Source of the DNA: an uncultured Thermotogaceae bacterium
GTDB taxonomy: Bacteria; Thermotogota; Thermotogae; MWEM01
Direction of reading: 5' to 3'
DNA length: 64,000 bases
Assembly (NCBI GenBank): GCA_964462525.1
Contig: CAYWWY010000001.1
Coordinates: 183,074-247,073 of the forward strand
Made by a program: the position numbers and the translations under genes. Numbering within the stretch: the first letter of the stretch is position 1; each line of letters opens with the position of its first letter. Shown one piece after another: positions 17,896 to 28,349 of the stretch. Below the pieces are notes generated by a model that saw only the letters and a program-made list of their open reading frames with translations, was not told where the DNA came from and ran no database searches.

Positions 17896-18900
17896 CTAAA
17901 ATAAGATCTCAATCGAGGCTATATCTATATAATAGTCAAACTCGTTTTGCAGCCATTGTTGCCAAAGCATGAATCGTTTTTCCAAAACGATTGCTTCTCG
18001 GATTTCTCTCTCTACGTTCTGTTGACTAGATTCTCCTCCTCTCAAAGCTTTCGCTTTTAAGATATGATAACCCAAGGGTGTTTGGATCGGTCCGACTACA
18101 GTTCCCGCAGGATAAGAGAAGATCACATCAAATTGGCGAAAGACGCCTTGTTCCATCCAGCCCAAATCCCCACCTGAACCTTTGGTGAGTTCATCCTGTG
18201 AATAGATTTTCGCTGCTTCTTCAAAGCTCATCTCATTCAAGGCATCCATCACTTGAAAGGCATCGATATGAGTCTCCACCAAGATGTGATAGATATGAGC
18301 TGAATGAACCCCAACGATCTGATCAGAGTCATGAGCGAGGTATTCATGGATTTCAGCTTGAGATACCTCAGGTTCTTGGATCAGGCTTTCCATTAGCCGT
18401 ATGTTGGTCAAAGCCAATCTTCGTTGGAATGCAAGATACATCTTATAGTCATCCAAAGACTCATATCCCTGGAGCATCATATAGTTTTCAAACTCTTTTA
18501 GAGTAACACCTGTCGCATCCAGTACTTCATCTAGGTAGTTTCGAACAAATGACTGAACCTCTTGTTCGGATACTCCGACTCCTTTGGTTTCAGCCAAATC
18601 GAAAAGGACGTAAGCACGGATGATTTGGTCCAAAATCCGTTCTTTGTAAGTGAGGAGAAGGTCATAACCCTGATCGGATCCGAGAAGCGTCTCGTAAAAG
18701 GATATATTGTCTTGTTTGATCCGTAATAAAGTGATAGGCAAGCGAGCTTCCACTTCCAATAATCTTCCTGTGATTGGTCTACCGTTCACGGTTGCGACGA
18801 TCATGTCCGGCGATACACTTAGTTTTCCCGGATCAGCGATCCCTGATCCAGAGATGAATAGCATCATTAGCAACACGAAAAGAGGGGTTGCATTCTTCAT
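17896..18900 (-). CDS. Secreted SurA/PrsA-like peptidyl-prolyl cis-trans isomerase (parvulin/PpiC domain).
   Basis: Signal peptide, then a parvulin block GDLGWMEQGVFRQFDVIFSYPAGTVVGPIQTPLGYHILKA. Confidence 0.7.
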   Translation of the reverse strand: MKNATPLFVLLMMLFISGSGIADPGKLSVSPDMIVATVNGRPITGRLLEVEARLPITLLRIKQDNISFYETLLGSDQGYDLLLTYKERILDQIIRAYVLFDLAETKGVGVSEQEVQSFVRNYLDEVLDATGVTLKEFENYMMLQGYESLDDYKMYLAFQRRLALTNIRLMESLIQEPEVSQAEIHEYLAHDSDQIVGVHSAHIYHILVETHIDAFQVMDALNEMSFEEAAKIYSQDELTKGSGGDLGWMEQGVFRQFDVIFSYPAGTVVGPIQTPLGYHILKAKALRGGESSQQNVEREIREAIVLEKRFMLWQQWLQNEFDYYIDIASIEILF

Positions 18901-18915
18901 TTTGTGCCTCCTTTA

Positions 18916-21900
18916 CTACAATCGGTTTTGCGCTTGATGTAATGCTTCCATAATCTGCTGGTATGTTATGGAGTCGTTCTGTTCCTTGGTCAGATGGTTT
19001 TGCCTCCAACCATCTAAAAAGACGATTTCAAACTCGCGTCGGTTTTCCGCGGATTCATATGTGCGGATCACTTGGCTAAGAAACTCGTGACGTTTTGCTC
19101 GAATATCTTCATAATTGCGAAGGAAGAGTTGAAACTGTTCCTTTTGGTCGTTGCTCAAGAATGGGTTTCCAACGGCAGCTTCCTTCACAACGGAGTGGAT
19201 GGGCTCCATCATAGCAACAATATCATCCAGAACCGTTACAGCTTCCTGAATCAAATTTTCCTTTACCAATGCATCCGCGATTTGCCGATAGATGGCGATG
19301 ATATCATTCGGAACACCATCCCTGTTTTGCCGAATCATCCATTTGCTGGCCCAAACTCTTTTTTCCGATACCTCTTTGACCTTGAGGTACACTTCCGAAA
19401 TCGGCTTGGCGCCTACCAAGTGTTCAATATACTCTCGGTATATGTGTTCCTGGTCGGCAAACATATTCCAGTTGCCCGGCATAATAAAAATCGCTTGGTC
19501 AAACCATTCTTGGAATGATTGGAAGTATTCTTCCGCCAACAGAGAATGCTTTTGCTGCAACACCCCGATATCATACACAAACTCCGGATATCTCGATGCG
19601 ATCTGTTTATAGGTATTGGATTGGTTGATCAATATGTTCCGAAGGGTCAGGAATGCTTGCCCAGCCATTTTATAAGCATTCTTTTCGTTGAAGCTCAAAA
19701 AAGTGGTCTCCAAATAGTCAATTTGATCGCGAAACCTTTGTCCATCAATCAAATTAGTAACCCGAAAATCGGATAAAACTTGTTGAAGAGGATATCCAGC
19801 CTGAACAACCCGATCAATTACAGACAGATCGGCCATAAAAGGGAACTCACGAAATTGGGGTTCAATGTAGCGGGTGTCATCCCATCCGGTCCAAATCATT
19901 TGATCTAAGACAAGCAGGGGATCAGACGCTGTATTGAACGCATTGAGTATTTCTTCTCTACGGGTGGGTGAGACCATCAGTAGGGAGAGATAGAAGGTGC
20001 TCTTGCCATAACAGTGTGTTGCATCAAGACTCTTAAGGAAATACGAGCGCGCCTTATGAAACATCTGATGCGCCCCTTGAACCATTTGAGCAATTTCCCG
20101 TTCTGACTCCGCCAAGAGCCCGCGGAGTCTTTGTTCTTCTTGTCTGATCACATTCTCCAGTTCTTGGAGGAAGTTGATTCGTAATTGGGCTTCACGGGCT
20201 TCGTCGATTACAATATTCGGGTTTTCTTGCCTGACGCGTTCCAATCGATGCGCAATATAAACATCTGGTTGAAGAACTGCATAGTTTTCTGTCCGAGATT
20301 CCAGGAAGTTCATATGGGTTTCAATCTCTCGCTTTTTATCCAAAGCCTGCTGATAGAATCGCTGATATTGAGAGATCCCCGAATAGTAGGAGCTTCCTTG
20401 TTTAAAATACACTTCAGCGGATACACTCTGCCATTTTAGGATCGTGGCGGAAAAACCCACAATGAGAAAAAGGCAAAAAACCCCCATCATAAAAGGGTAT
20501 TTCAGGGCAAATACCTTGCCAAGTCGGTTTTTTTTGTTGAAATACCGACCCATGCCAACCCCGCCAAAGATAATCGCTAAATATGCGTTAGGCAACAAGT
20601 GGAGAGGAAACTCTGTTGCGCTGTGACCAAGCATTTGGATAAACCCGACTGCAATCATTGCCAATAGGATTGTATCGTCCGGATTCTCCAAATCCCTGCG
20701 CATTTTGAAAAACAGCACCACCATGCCAACCAAAGTCAACACGACTGAAATGATTCCAAAAAGCCCCATCTCGCTCAATACTTGGGCATAATCATTATGG
20801 GTTCTCTTAAAATTGGACCAAGCATCAATAAACTGAGGGAAGTCCTGTGTAGCAGCGCCCATGTAGGTGACTGCATGAAGCTGATAGGTTCCTATACCCT
20901 TACCAATAAAGGGCATTTCCTTCCATTGATAAACCGAAGAAAGACTGGCAAGAAACCGATGATTCCCACCAGTCACTTGAAACCCATGCGCGTCGAAAAT
21001 ACTGAGCGTTCTTTCGGCAACACTGTATCCACCGGCAATGGGATTGTTGGGTATCGATAAAATACCGATGAGCAATACAGCCAAAACAACTATGACCCAC
21101 CTGAACGCATGACTGATCTCTTTAAGAAGAACAGCGGCTGATTTGGATTGGGAGGAGAGTTCCCGGTAGTCGTCGGAATTCGGATCTTGATCTGCGTTTC
21201 TCTTATTGTTTGTAGTAGGAGCAAGTTTTTTCGAACGAAAACGGGGAATGAGGAAAACAAAACCAACGATCAGAAAACCAAAAATGAGGGAAAGAAAGAC
21301 CCCGCGAGTTCCCGATAACAGGACAACGATAAGGAACATCGAAAAGCAAACCAATGAAAAAACCTTAACTCCAATAATCCTTGCCAAATACCCTCGAATT
21401 CTTTGCTTGGACTGATTCTTCCAACCAAAATTATAGCTGATGGCGAAGTACACTGCGACGGGCAGAAGAGAGGCGAGGTAATCCGAAACAAAGTTTACAT
21501 TTCCAATGGCAGCCTTCATTGCCATCTTTCCCCCTTCGCCATATGACCCAAGAAAAAAGGAGTGTCCGGTATAGTAGTTCATAAATGCCTCTATCGCAAC
21601 CAAAAAACCAGAGAACATCGCAGCTAATAAAAGGTGCGTTACCTTTCGTTTGGTATCGACAGCGTTGGAAAGATAGATGACCATAAAGACGGTGAAGAAT
21701 GCATATAACCCTATTTCGAGTGAGTAACGGAAATAATGAGGGTTTTGGGAGTATACTGTTAGGGTAGAAATCAATGCTGAGAGCCCAAACAATACCCATC
21801 CCCAATGCGGAAGAGCCATTTGGATTTTTAAGTCTGAATTCTTCAGCACATGACGCAGAAAGTAGATACTGATGATGATCATCATGAAAATGAGTAGAAA

Positions 21901-22002
21901 TCCGTACTTAGAGGTGCTGAACTCATATGTCAACAATGGATGTGCGAAAACAGATATGAAGACAATGCTAAAATAGAGAAACAGTCTTTCAATCAACTGC
22001 AT
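18916..22002 (-). CDS. Giant membrane protein with an N-terminal O-antigen-ligase/Wzy_C-like polytopic domain and a ~600-aa helical (TPR-like) C-terminal domain.
   Basis: Roughly 12 TM helices, with a Wzy_C-like block WSNFKRTHNDYAQVLSEMGLFGI. The C-terminal half is alpha-helical and charged. Confidence 0.55.
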   Translation of the reverse strand: MQLIERLFLYFSIVFISVFAHPLLTYEFSTSKYGFLLIFMMIIISIYFLRHVLKNSDLKIQMALPHWGWVLFGLSALISTLTVYSQNPHYFRYSLEIGLYAFFTVFMVIYLSNAVDTKRKVTHLLLAAMFSGFLVAIEAFMNYYTGHSFFLGSYGEGGKMAMKAAIGNVNFVSDYLASLLPVAVYFAISYNFGWKNQSKQRIRGYLARIIGVKVFSLVCFSMFLIVVLLSGTRGVFLSLIFGFLIVGFVFLIPRFRSKKLAPTTNNKRNADQDPNSDDYRELSSQSKSAAVLLKEISHAFRWVIVVLAVLLIGILSIPNNPIAGGYSVAERTLSIFDAHGFQVTGGNHRFLASLSSVYQWKEMPFIGKGIGTYQLHAVTYMGAATQDFPQFIDAWSNFKRTHNDYAQVLSEMGLFGIISVVLTLVGMVVLFFKMRRDLENPDDTILLAMIAVGFIQMLGHSATEFPLHLLPNAYLAIIFGGVGMGRYFNKKNRLGKVFALKYPFMMGVFCLFLIVGFSATILKWQSVSAEVYFKQGSSYYSGISQYQRFYQQALDKKREIETHMNFLESRTENYAVLQPDVYIAHRLERVRQENPNIVIDEAREAQLRINFLQELENVIRQEEQRLRGLLAESEREIAQMVQGAHQMFHKARSYFLKSLDATHCYGKSTFYLSLLMVSPTRREEILNAFNTASDPLLVLDQMIWTGWDDTRYIEPQFREFPFMADLSVIDRVVQAGYPLQQVLSDFRVTNLIDGQRFRDQIDYLETTFLSFNEKNAYKMAGQAFLTLRNILINQSNTYKQIASRYPEFVYDIGVLQQKHSLLAEEYFQSFQEWFDQAIFIMPGNWNMFADQEHIYREYIEHLVGAKPISEVYLKVKEVSEKRVWASKWMIRQNRDGVPNDIIAIYRQIADALVKENLIQEAVTVLDDIVAMMEPIHSVVKEAAVGNPFLSNDQKEQFQLFLRNYEDIRAKRHEFLSQVIRTYESAENRREFEIVFLDGWRQNHLTKEQNDSITYQQIMEALHQAQNRL

Positions 22003-22026
22003 AATACCCCCCCTTTACAATTGATC

Positions 22027-23553
22027 CTATTGTATCACAAAACTTAGGATGGAAGTGATCAGCAAAAGAAGAAGAAAGATGGTCAACCATATGTTCCGGT
22101 AGGCAATATATGGTGTGGAGGGAAGAGGATCAACGGGAACCTCAAAGACATCCCATGAAGATTCAAAGGGAGGAAGCCGTTGAATGATTCGACCATACGG
22201 ATCGACTAACCCTGTGATTCCGTTATTGGAAACTTGAAGCATCCATCTTCGGTTTTCCACAGCCCGAAAGGGAAGAAAAGCGAAATGAGTCTCTAAGCCA
22301 ATTAGATTTCCAAACCAACCATCGTTTGTTACCACAACCAATATCTCAGCGTGGTTTTGATGAAATGCTGAGAAAACTTCCGGATACAAGGACTCAAAAC
22401 AGATCGGAAATCCGATGGAACGATTCGCAACTTCAAAGACTGTAGCATCGGGGCCTTCTTCAAAATAGGCATAGAGCATGAGGAATTCAAAGGCTCTGAA
22501 CAAATCCCCATAAGGAAGGGTTTCCACAAAAGGCGTTAGTTTCATCTTTCCATAAAAGTCTGTGCTTAGGCCCGAAAAGGGATATACAATCCGAACCGCG
22601 TTATAGTACCTTTGGTCTTCGATTTTCGGATGAGGAACAACAATCGGTATGCCGATTTCTCGCGCTGTTGCCTCAACCACTTGAAGGGTCATCGGTGACT
22701 TGGCAATATCGTATTGAAAGTGAGATTCAGGAAAAACAATCAGGTCCACATCTTTTCTGGTTTGGATGAGATCTGATATCGATGCTTCAAAAGAACGAAT
22801 GAAGTCAAACTCAGAATAACGATACTTTTCACGTGGTTCGACCCAGGGCTGCATGACAGCAATCTTAGTCTTCTCGGCCATGTGGGGTTGGGTTGGAGGG
22901 ATGAACGCAATGATTAAGGAATTGACTAAATAGGCTGCCCCGATACAAAGCAATCCAATTCTCACCGCATTCAATCGGAAAGAGGGAAACCCTCTTCCCC
23001 AGGCATAGGCGACCCAGGCATTGGTGAATCCGATGATCCATAGTAACAGTTCATTCCCCCCGAATGCAGCGATTTGCAGCAAACCGAAATCCCGATAAAG
23101 GCTGTCTGAGAAACGGTATCCCGTAAACCCCATGGGACCCCATCCGCGAAGTAATTCCGTGAATACAAGCAATGAAGGGATAAAAAGGAGAAATAACCAT
23201 AAGCGTTTTTCGATCTTTGGGTAAAACGCGCAATAGATCGCACCAAACAATCCAAAAAAGAAGGATTGGATCAAGCATAGCAATAGATAGACAACAATAC
23301 CCACTTCGCTTGGAAACCGCTCGAACATATTCGGTATCTCATTATAGAAAGTAGGGATGATCCAATGAAGGCAAATGCCAAAATAGATCATACCGAACAA
23401 AATGCCCCGAATGAATCCCTTCCAAGGAGAACACCTTTTTAAGATGATTAAAAAAACGGAAAACCCTACCCATATAGGGAATGAAAATCCAAATCCAGGC
23501 ATACATACGGCCAAAACACCGGCAGAAGCGATCAACATTCCCCATTGCTTCAA
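22027..23553 (-). CDS. lnt: Apolipoprotein N-acyltransferase (Lnt).
   Basis: N-terminal polytopic region plus a C-terminal CN-hydrolase domain (IAVMQPWVEPREKY..., KMKLTPFVE). 508 aa. Confidence 0.7.
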   Translation of the reverse strand: MKQWGMLIASAGVLAVCMPGFGFSFPIWVGFSVFLIILKRCSPWKGFIRGILFGMIYFGICLHWIIPTFYNEIPNMFERFPSEVGIVVYLLLCLIQSFFFGLFGAIYCAFYPKIEKRLWLFLLFIPSLLVFTELLRGWGPMGFTGYRFSDSLYRDFGLLQIAAFGGNELLLWIIGFTNAWVAYAWGRGFPSFRLNAVRIGLLCIGAAYLVNSLIIAFIPPTQPHMAEKTKIAVMQPWVEPREKYRYSEFDFIRSFEASISDLIQTRKDVDLIVFPESHFQYDIAKSPMTLQVVEATAREIGIPIVVPHPKIEDQRYYNAVRIVYPFSGLSTDFYGKMKLTPFVETLPYGDLFRAFEFLMLYAYFEEGPDATVFEVANRSIGFPICFESLYPEVFSAFHQNHAEILVVVTNDGWFGNLIGLETHFAFLPFRAVENRRWMLQVSNNGITGLVDPYGRIIQRLPPFESSWDVFEVPVDPLPSTPYIAYRNIWLTIFLLLLLITSILSFVIQ

Positions 23554-24716
23554 AGCGTTTCCACCCCTCGCTTTACCCGATCGACCACGTACTCCTGCTC
23601 CGCGGAAGACAGTTGGCTGTGAAAGGGCAGCGCTATCGTCCGAGCCGCAATAGACTCCGTTATGGGAAAGACGCCTGGTTTGTATCCAAACATCTTTTGG
23701 TATACCGGTTGGAGGTGAATCGGCCGAAAGTATTCACGACACCCCACTTCTTCTTTTTCCAAAAAGGAGAGCAGTCGATCTCTTGGAATATGATGATCTA
23801 AAAGAATGACATAAACAAACCAACTCATTCTTGTCGTAAACGGTCCAATGATGGGCGTTTGTACATAGCAACAGTCTCGAAAAAGCTGATTGTATCGATT
23901 CGCAACCGCTGCTCTTCGTTCCAGCAATTGATCCAACCGGTTTATCTGCTGGACTCCCAAAGAAGCAGAAAGCTCATCCATACGAAAATTATACCCCAAT
24001 TCAACATGATTCAGCCATTGTTCATTAATGCCTCTCCCTTGGTTTCGCAGAGACCGCGCCATTTGGTAGAGGTCATGGTGATCGGTCACCAAAACACCGC
24101 CCTCTCCAGTGGTCATCTGCTTGTTGGGATAAAAGGCAAAAGCTCCGGCAATGCCGAACGATCCGCATGGTTTTCCTTTATAGGTTGCTCCAATTGATTC
24201 ACATGAGTCTTCAACGATTTCAAGCCGATGTTTGTTACAGAGAGCAGTAACAGCATCCCAGTCCAAAGGCTGTCCGAAAATATCAACGCCAATGACCCCC
24301 TTTAGGCGATTGCTTTGGTAATGTACCCTTCCATCACCAATGGTAAGTCGACCTTGTATTACTTGATTAATGGTTTCAGTAAGAGCCGATGGGTCCATGT
24401 TTAGGGTTACGGGATCAATATCCGAGAAGATCGGAATCGCCCTCTCATAGAGAACTATATTGCTTGAGGTAACAAAAGAAAAAGGAGTCGTAATCCATAA
24501 ATCTCCTTTTTGGAGATTCAGAAACTTCATGATAAGCATAAGTGCACTCGTTCCGCTGTTTACAGCAACCGCAAACCGCACGCCCGCACGTTGTGCGCTG
24601 AGCCGTTCCAATTCTTCCACGTGTGGCCCCATACTAAGGGTACCGCTTCGCAAAACGCCGACCACTGCGTCGATTTCTGCTTGACCGATGTCTGGTCGAG
24701 ATAAGGGTACTTTCAT
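23550..24716 (-). CDS. DegT/DnrJ/EryC1/StrS-family PLP-dependent sugar aminotransferase.
   Basis: VPLSRPDIGQAEIDAVVGVLRSGTLSMGPHVEELE..., 388 aa. Overlaps lnt by 4 nt. Confidence 0.8.
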   Translation of the reverse strand: MKVPLSRPDIGQAEIDAVVGVLRSGTLSMGPHVEELERLSAQRAGVRFAVAVNSGTSALMLIMKFLNLQKGDLWITTPFSFVTSSNIVLYERAIPIFSDIDPVTLNMDPSALTETINQVIQGRLTIGDGRVHYQSNRLKGVIGVDIFGQPLDWDAVTALCNKHRLEIVEDSCESIGATYKGKPCGSFGIAGAFAFYPNKQMTTGEGGVLVTDHHDLYQMARSLRNQGRGINEQWLNHVELGYNFRMDELSASLGVQQINRLDQLLERRAAVANRYNQLFRDCCYVQTPIIGPFTTRMSWFVYVILLDHHIPRDRLLSFLEKEEVGCREYFRPIHLQPVYQKMFGYKPGVFPITESIAARTIALPFHSQLSSAEQEYVVDRVKRGVETL

Positions 24717-25705
24717 GAAGATATGACTCCTTCCGATGCTTTGGTCAATTCTTTGTCAACTCCTTTTGCGGCAACAAGCAAAGCGTTTTTGATGGCCTGA
24801 GCATCCGAGCTTCCATGAGCTTTCACAACTGGCGCTTTTGTTCCCATAATGAACGCGCCTCCTGTGTTGCGATAGTCTAGTCGTTCTCGAAACCCATTTA
24901 AGGATTTTCGGATGAGCCCCCCTCCAATTTTTGCTCCCAATCCTCCTTGAAGAATCGATTCTTTCATTCCAGAAAGGATAAACTTAGCCAATCCTTCTAA
25001 GGTCTTTAAAACCACATTCCCCGTAAATCCATCAGTTACGACTATATGGACTTTGCCAAGGTTGATATCTCTTCCTTCAACATATCCCACAAATGAATCG
25101 GGAAAGAATTCTTTGATCAGAATGGATGCTTTATGGAGTTCTTCTAGCCCCTTCTCCTCTTCTGTTCCCACGTTCAGCAATCCGATTTTTGGGGAATGGA
25201 CCCCGTTCATTTCCGCATACGCTTTACCCAAACGGGCAAATCCCAAATAGTGTTCCGCCTTGCACTGAGTATTTGCTCCGCTATCAATCAGGATCGTCCA
25301 TCCCAAAACGCTAGGGATCAAAGTTGCAATCGCAGGTCTGGGAATCGTTGAAAGACGGCCAACCACAAATGTTGCGACCGCAAGAAGACCACCAGTATTC
25401 CCCGCGCTAACCAGCGCTTGTGCCCTTTGCTCGCGCACCTCCTGAGCCGCTTTGTACATCGAAGCGTCTTTGCGTTTTAAGATCATTGATGGCCGTTCCT
25501 CTGTACCAAAAACATCAGGCGCGTGAAGAACGCGAATCCTTTTCGGATTCTTATACTTGGCCAGCAAGGGATGAAGATCCGATTCATTTCCTACGAAAAG
25601 AATCGTATGGGTAAATGTAGGTTCATCAAGCGCAAGAATGGCTCCCTCGACAAGAGAGTGGGGAGCGTGATCCCCTCCCATTGCATCAACCGCTATTGTA
25701 GCCAT
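24713..25705 (-). CDS. plsX: Phosphate acyltransferase PlsX.
   Basis: MATIAVDAMGGDHAPHSLVEGA... at the N-terminus, 330 aa. Confidence 0.85.
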   Translation of the reverse strand: MATIAVDAMGGDHAPHSLVEGAILALDEPTFTHTILFVGNESDLHPLLAKYKNPKRIRVLHAPDVFGTEERPSMILKRKDASMYKAAQEVREQRAQALVSAGNTGGLLAVATFVVGRLSTIPRPAIATLIPSVLGWTILIDSGANTQCKAEHYLGFARLGKAYAEMNGVHSPKIGLLNVGTEEEKGLEELHKASILIKEFFPDSFVGYVEGRDINLGKVHIVVTDGFTGNVVLKTLEGLAKFILSGMKESILQGGLGAKIGGGLIRKSLNGFRERLDYRNTGGAFIMGTKAPVVKAHGSSDAQAIKNALLVAAKGVDKELTKASEGVISS

Positions 25706-26561
25706 GATTATCGACTCCTTCTTGTTGATTGATCACGTATGCCCGAAACCCGCGCATGAGCTCTTGAGTAATCGGGCCAATTGATTTAGGAATCCCTTGA
25801 ATTGCACTTATGGGCACAATTTCCGCCGAAGTGTGGGTTAAAAAGAGTTCATCCGCGTCGAAAAGCTCAATAAGTTCGATAAACCGTTCCTCAACGGGAA
25901 CCCCAAGTTCACGAGCAAAATCTATGACAATTTCGCGAGTAATCCCGCTAAGGATTCCTGAATGAATCGATGGGGTCAAAACTACTTGGTTTTTCACGAA
26001 AAAAACATTGCTAAAGGTACCTTCAGCCACATGACCTTGGTGGTTCAGCATCAGTCGATCATAAAAAGGGGGATGAATCTCTCTTCGCGCGATGATTATG
26101 TCTGAAGCCCCCGATAGTTTTACCGCTGCTCCATGTTCGACTGGTACATATCGTCGAATCCGAGAAAGAGCTACTTGAACGCCATTTGTTTCAATCAGAG
26201 GATCTTTGGGCTCTAGTGGCTTGAATACAATGACGATCATTGGCGTCAAGCCCTCTTCACGCATCTGGTAATGACCTTGGCCTGCGCTCAACTGGATTCG
26301 GATATTGGCCTCGGGCAAATTGTTGCGGTAAACACCTTCCTCGATTACTGTCCTGAGCGAATCCAAGGAAACAGGAACTGGAATACCCAATACACCCGCT
26401 GAATAACAAAGTCTGTGATAATGACGGTCAACGGCAAAAGGTTTTCCATCATAAGTACGAAGAGATTCATAGACTGATTCCCCAAATAGAAAACCCCTGT
26501 CCCAGAGAGATATTCGCGCTTCTTCGCTATCCTGCCACTTCTGATTCAGATATACCCACAT
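25686..26561 (-). CDS. Class IV (fold-type IV) aminotransferase, either branched-chain/D-amino-acid aminotransferase or 4-amino-4-deoxychorismate lyase-like.
   Basis: ISLWDRGFLFGESVYE...EGTFSNVFFVKNQVVLTP. An internal ATG (26561) was chosen so that the gene does not overlap the upstream gene by 71 nt. Confidence 0.65.
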   Translation of the reverse strand: MWVYLNQKWQDSEEARISLWDRGFLFGESVYESLRTYDGKPFAVDRHYHRLCYSAGVLGIPVPVSLDSLRTVIEEGVYRNNLPEANIRIQLSAGQGHYQMREEGLTPMIVIVFKPLEPKDPLIETNGVQVALSRIRRYVPVEHGAAVKLSGASDIIIARREIHPPFYDRLMLNHQGHVAEGTFSNVFFVKNQVVLTPSIHSGILSGITREIVIDFARELGVPVEERFIELIELFDADELFLTHTSAEIVPISAIQGIPKSIGPITQELMRGFRAYVINQQEGVDNHGYNSG

Positions 26562-27870
26562 ACTCCGACACCACCCGACCCATATACAGTTCATCAAAAG
26601 AGCGAATCCTGCAATTCATGATGAATTGGTTTGTCTGATTGTCAACAGGCAAACCCTCTTGGATGGCAATCCAGTGTTCGAGATAGTATTCATCGTGGCC
26701 TGTCATCCAACCCGCTTGTTTGCGCTCAAACAAAACTGGACGAATTTCGTTCAAGTGGAGTTTCCTATAGCGAACCGAAGATTCGATGGCTTGTGCATTC
26801 AAGAACCACGAACGGTCTCTCTTCTTTCGTTCGTCCACTTGTCCCGTCATGGCTGCTGCTTGTGTTCCTTTTCGCGGTGAAAAGCGAAAAATGTGCGCTT
26901 TAACAAACCCTATGGATTGAACCAAACGGACTGTTTCTAAGAAATCTGTTTCTGTTTCGCCCGGAAACCCAACGATGAGATCGGTCGAAAAACTGAATTT
27001 CTGGTTTACTGAGCGCAACCGGTCTACCCACTCATATACTTTGTCGATGGTATACTTCCGATTCATTTTCCGTAAAACTTGGTTGGAACCGCTTTGGATG
27101 GATAGGTGAAGATGAGGGCACATCTTTGTGTGTCGGAAAATGGGAACCCATTTATGGGATTCACCCTCGGGGTTTAGGGAACTGACTCTAAGGCGAAAAT
27201 CCCCAGGAATACATAAAATTTGGTCGATCAGAGAAACCAAATCCGTTTCGTTTCCTTGAAACGAATTGTCTTTATACAATTGAAGATTGATCCCAGTTAG
27301 CACGACTTCTTTTACGCCTTGGTCTACCAACCCCTTTATTTCTTGAACGACCCTTTCGACCGGTTTGCTATTTGGTGTTCGACCACGCGCTAGAGGGATA
27401 ATGCAATATGAGCATGCTTGATTACACCCTTCTTCGATCATTACACCTACTCGATGATGAACCCCATTGGGGCAAAGGCGATGATGGAGAGATCGTGTTT
27501 GGTTATAATCGAAAGGGATAAAGGCTTGGGTCGAGATTGAATCGTCTTCGATAATCTCCAAAAATCTGTCTTTATATTGATTGCCAACGATTCGATTGCA
27601 CTCGGACCAGAACAGATGAGGGTTTAACTGAGCCAAACATCCTGCAGCTACGATCTTTGACTCGGGATATCTGCGTTTCATTCTTCGAATCATTTGAAGA
27701 GACTTCCGTTCGGCTTCATTTGTCACCGCACACGTATTAATGATAATGCAATCACACTCCAGATCAAGGGCTTCAGTTACACTGTGACCCTGCTGTCGAA
27801 GTATTTGAAGCATCCACTGTGATTCGTATTGGTTCACTTTGCATCCAAGAGTCATCACTCGGACCTTCAA
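26527..27870 (-). CDS. Radical-SAM methylthiotransferase of the MiaB/RimO/MtaB family, most similar to MtaB.
   Basis: N-terminal MTTase domain (KVRVMTLGCKVNQYESQ), radical-SAM CxxxCxxC (CNQACSYC) and a C-terminal TRAM-like region. Confidence 0.75.
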   Translation of the reverse strand: MKVRVMTLGCKVNQYESQWMLQILRQQGHSVTEALDLECDCIIINTCAVTNEAERKSLQMIRRMKRRYPESKIVAAGCLAQLNPHLFWSECNRIVGNQYKDRFLEIIEDDSISTQAFIPFDYNQTRSLHHRLCPNGVHHRVGVMIEEGCNQACSYCIIPLARGRTPNSKPVERVVQEIKGLVDQGVKEVVLTGINLQLYKDNSFQGNETDLVSLIDQILCIPGDFRLRVSSLNPEGESHKWVPIFRHTKMCPHLHLSIQSGSNQVLRKMNRKYTIDKVYEWVDRLRSVNQKFSFSTDLIVGFPGETETDFLETVRLVQSIGFVKAHIFRFSPRKGTQAAAMTGQVDERKKRDRSWFLNAQAIESSVRYRKLHLNEIRPVLFERKQAGWMTGHDEYYLEHWIAIQEGLPVDNQTNQFIMNCRIRSFDELYMGRVVSEYVGISESEVAG

Positions 27871-28340
27871 AGGTTTTGTGCGCTTCCTTCCTCCGAGCGG
27901 ATTTCCTGCATGACCCCACTGAGAATTTGCATCCGGTTTACGATTCCTAACAAAGAACCTTCTGAACTAATCACTGGTAAAGACAAGAATTTGTGTCGGA
28001 TTAGCAAATCGGCCGCATGCAATAAGGTATCGTTCTCTTGGACTGTTACGATGGCTTGATTCATGAACTTTTGAATCGGTTCATTCCGAATTTCTCGAAG
28101 TTTCCTTTTGAGTTGATTGGTATCCGGAATGAACGAAGCAGATTGAAGCATTCCGAAGTAGGAAGGCATTACTGCATTGACAATGTCGTTTTCACTGATG
28201 TAGCCGACCAATCTCATGTCGTCGTCAACGACAGGCATTCCACTCCTCTGGTGATTGGAACAGATCCGAACGAACCGTTCCACTTTTTCATCTTCAAATA
28301 CTGCTGAAACATCTTTGATCATAATCTCTCCAACGACCAT
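27867..28340 (-). CDS. CBS-domain pair protein.
   Basis: Two CBS motifs are visible (...GMPVVDDDMRLVGYISENDI..., ...LSLPVISSEGSLLGIV...). Confidence 0.7.
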   Translation of the reverse strand: MVVGEIMIKDVSAVFEDEKVERFVRICSNHQRSGMPVVDDDMRLVGYISENDIVNAVMPSYFGMLQSASFIPDTNQLKRKLREIRNEPIQKFMNQAIVTVQENDTLLHAADLLIRHKFLSLPVISSEGSLLGIVNRMQILSGVMQEIRSEEGSAQNL

Positions 28341-28349
28341 CCATCCACC

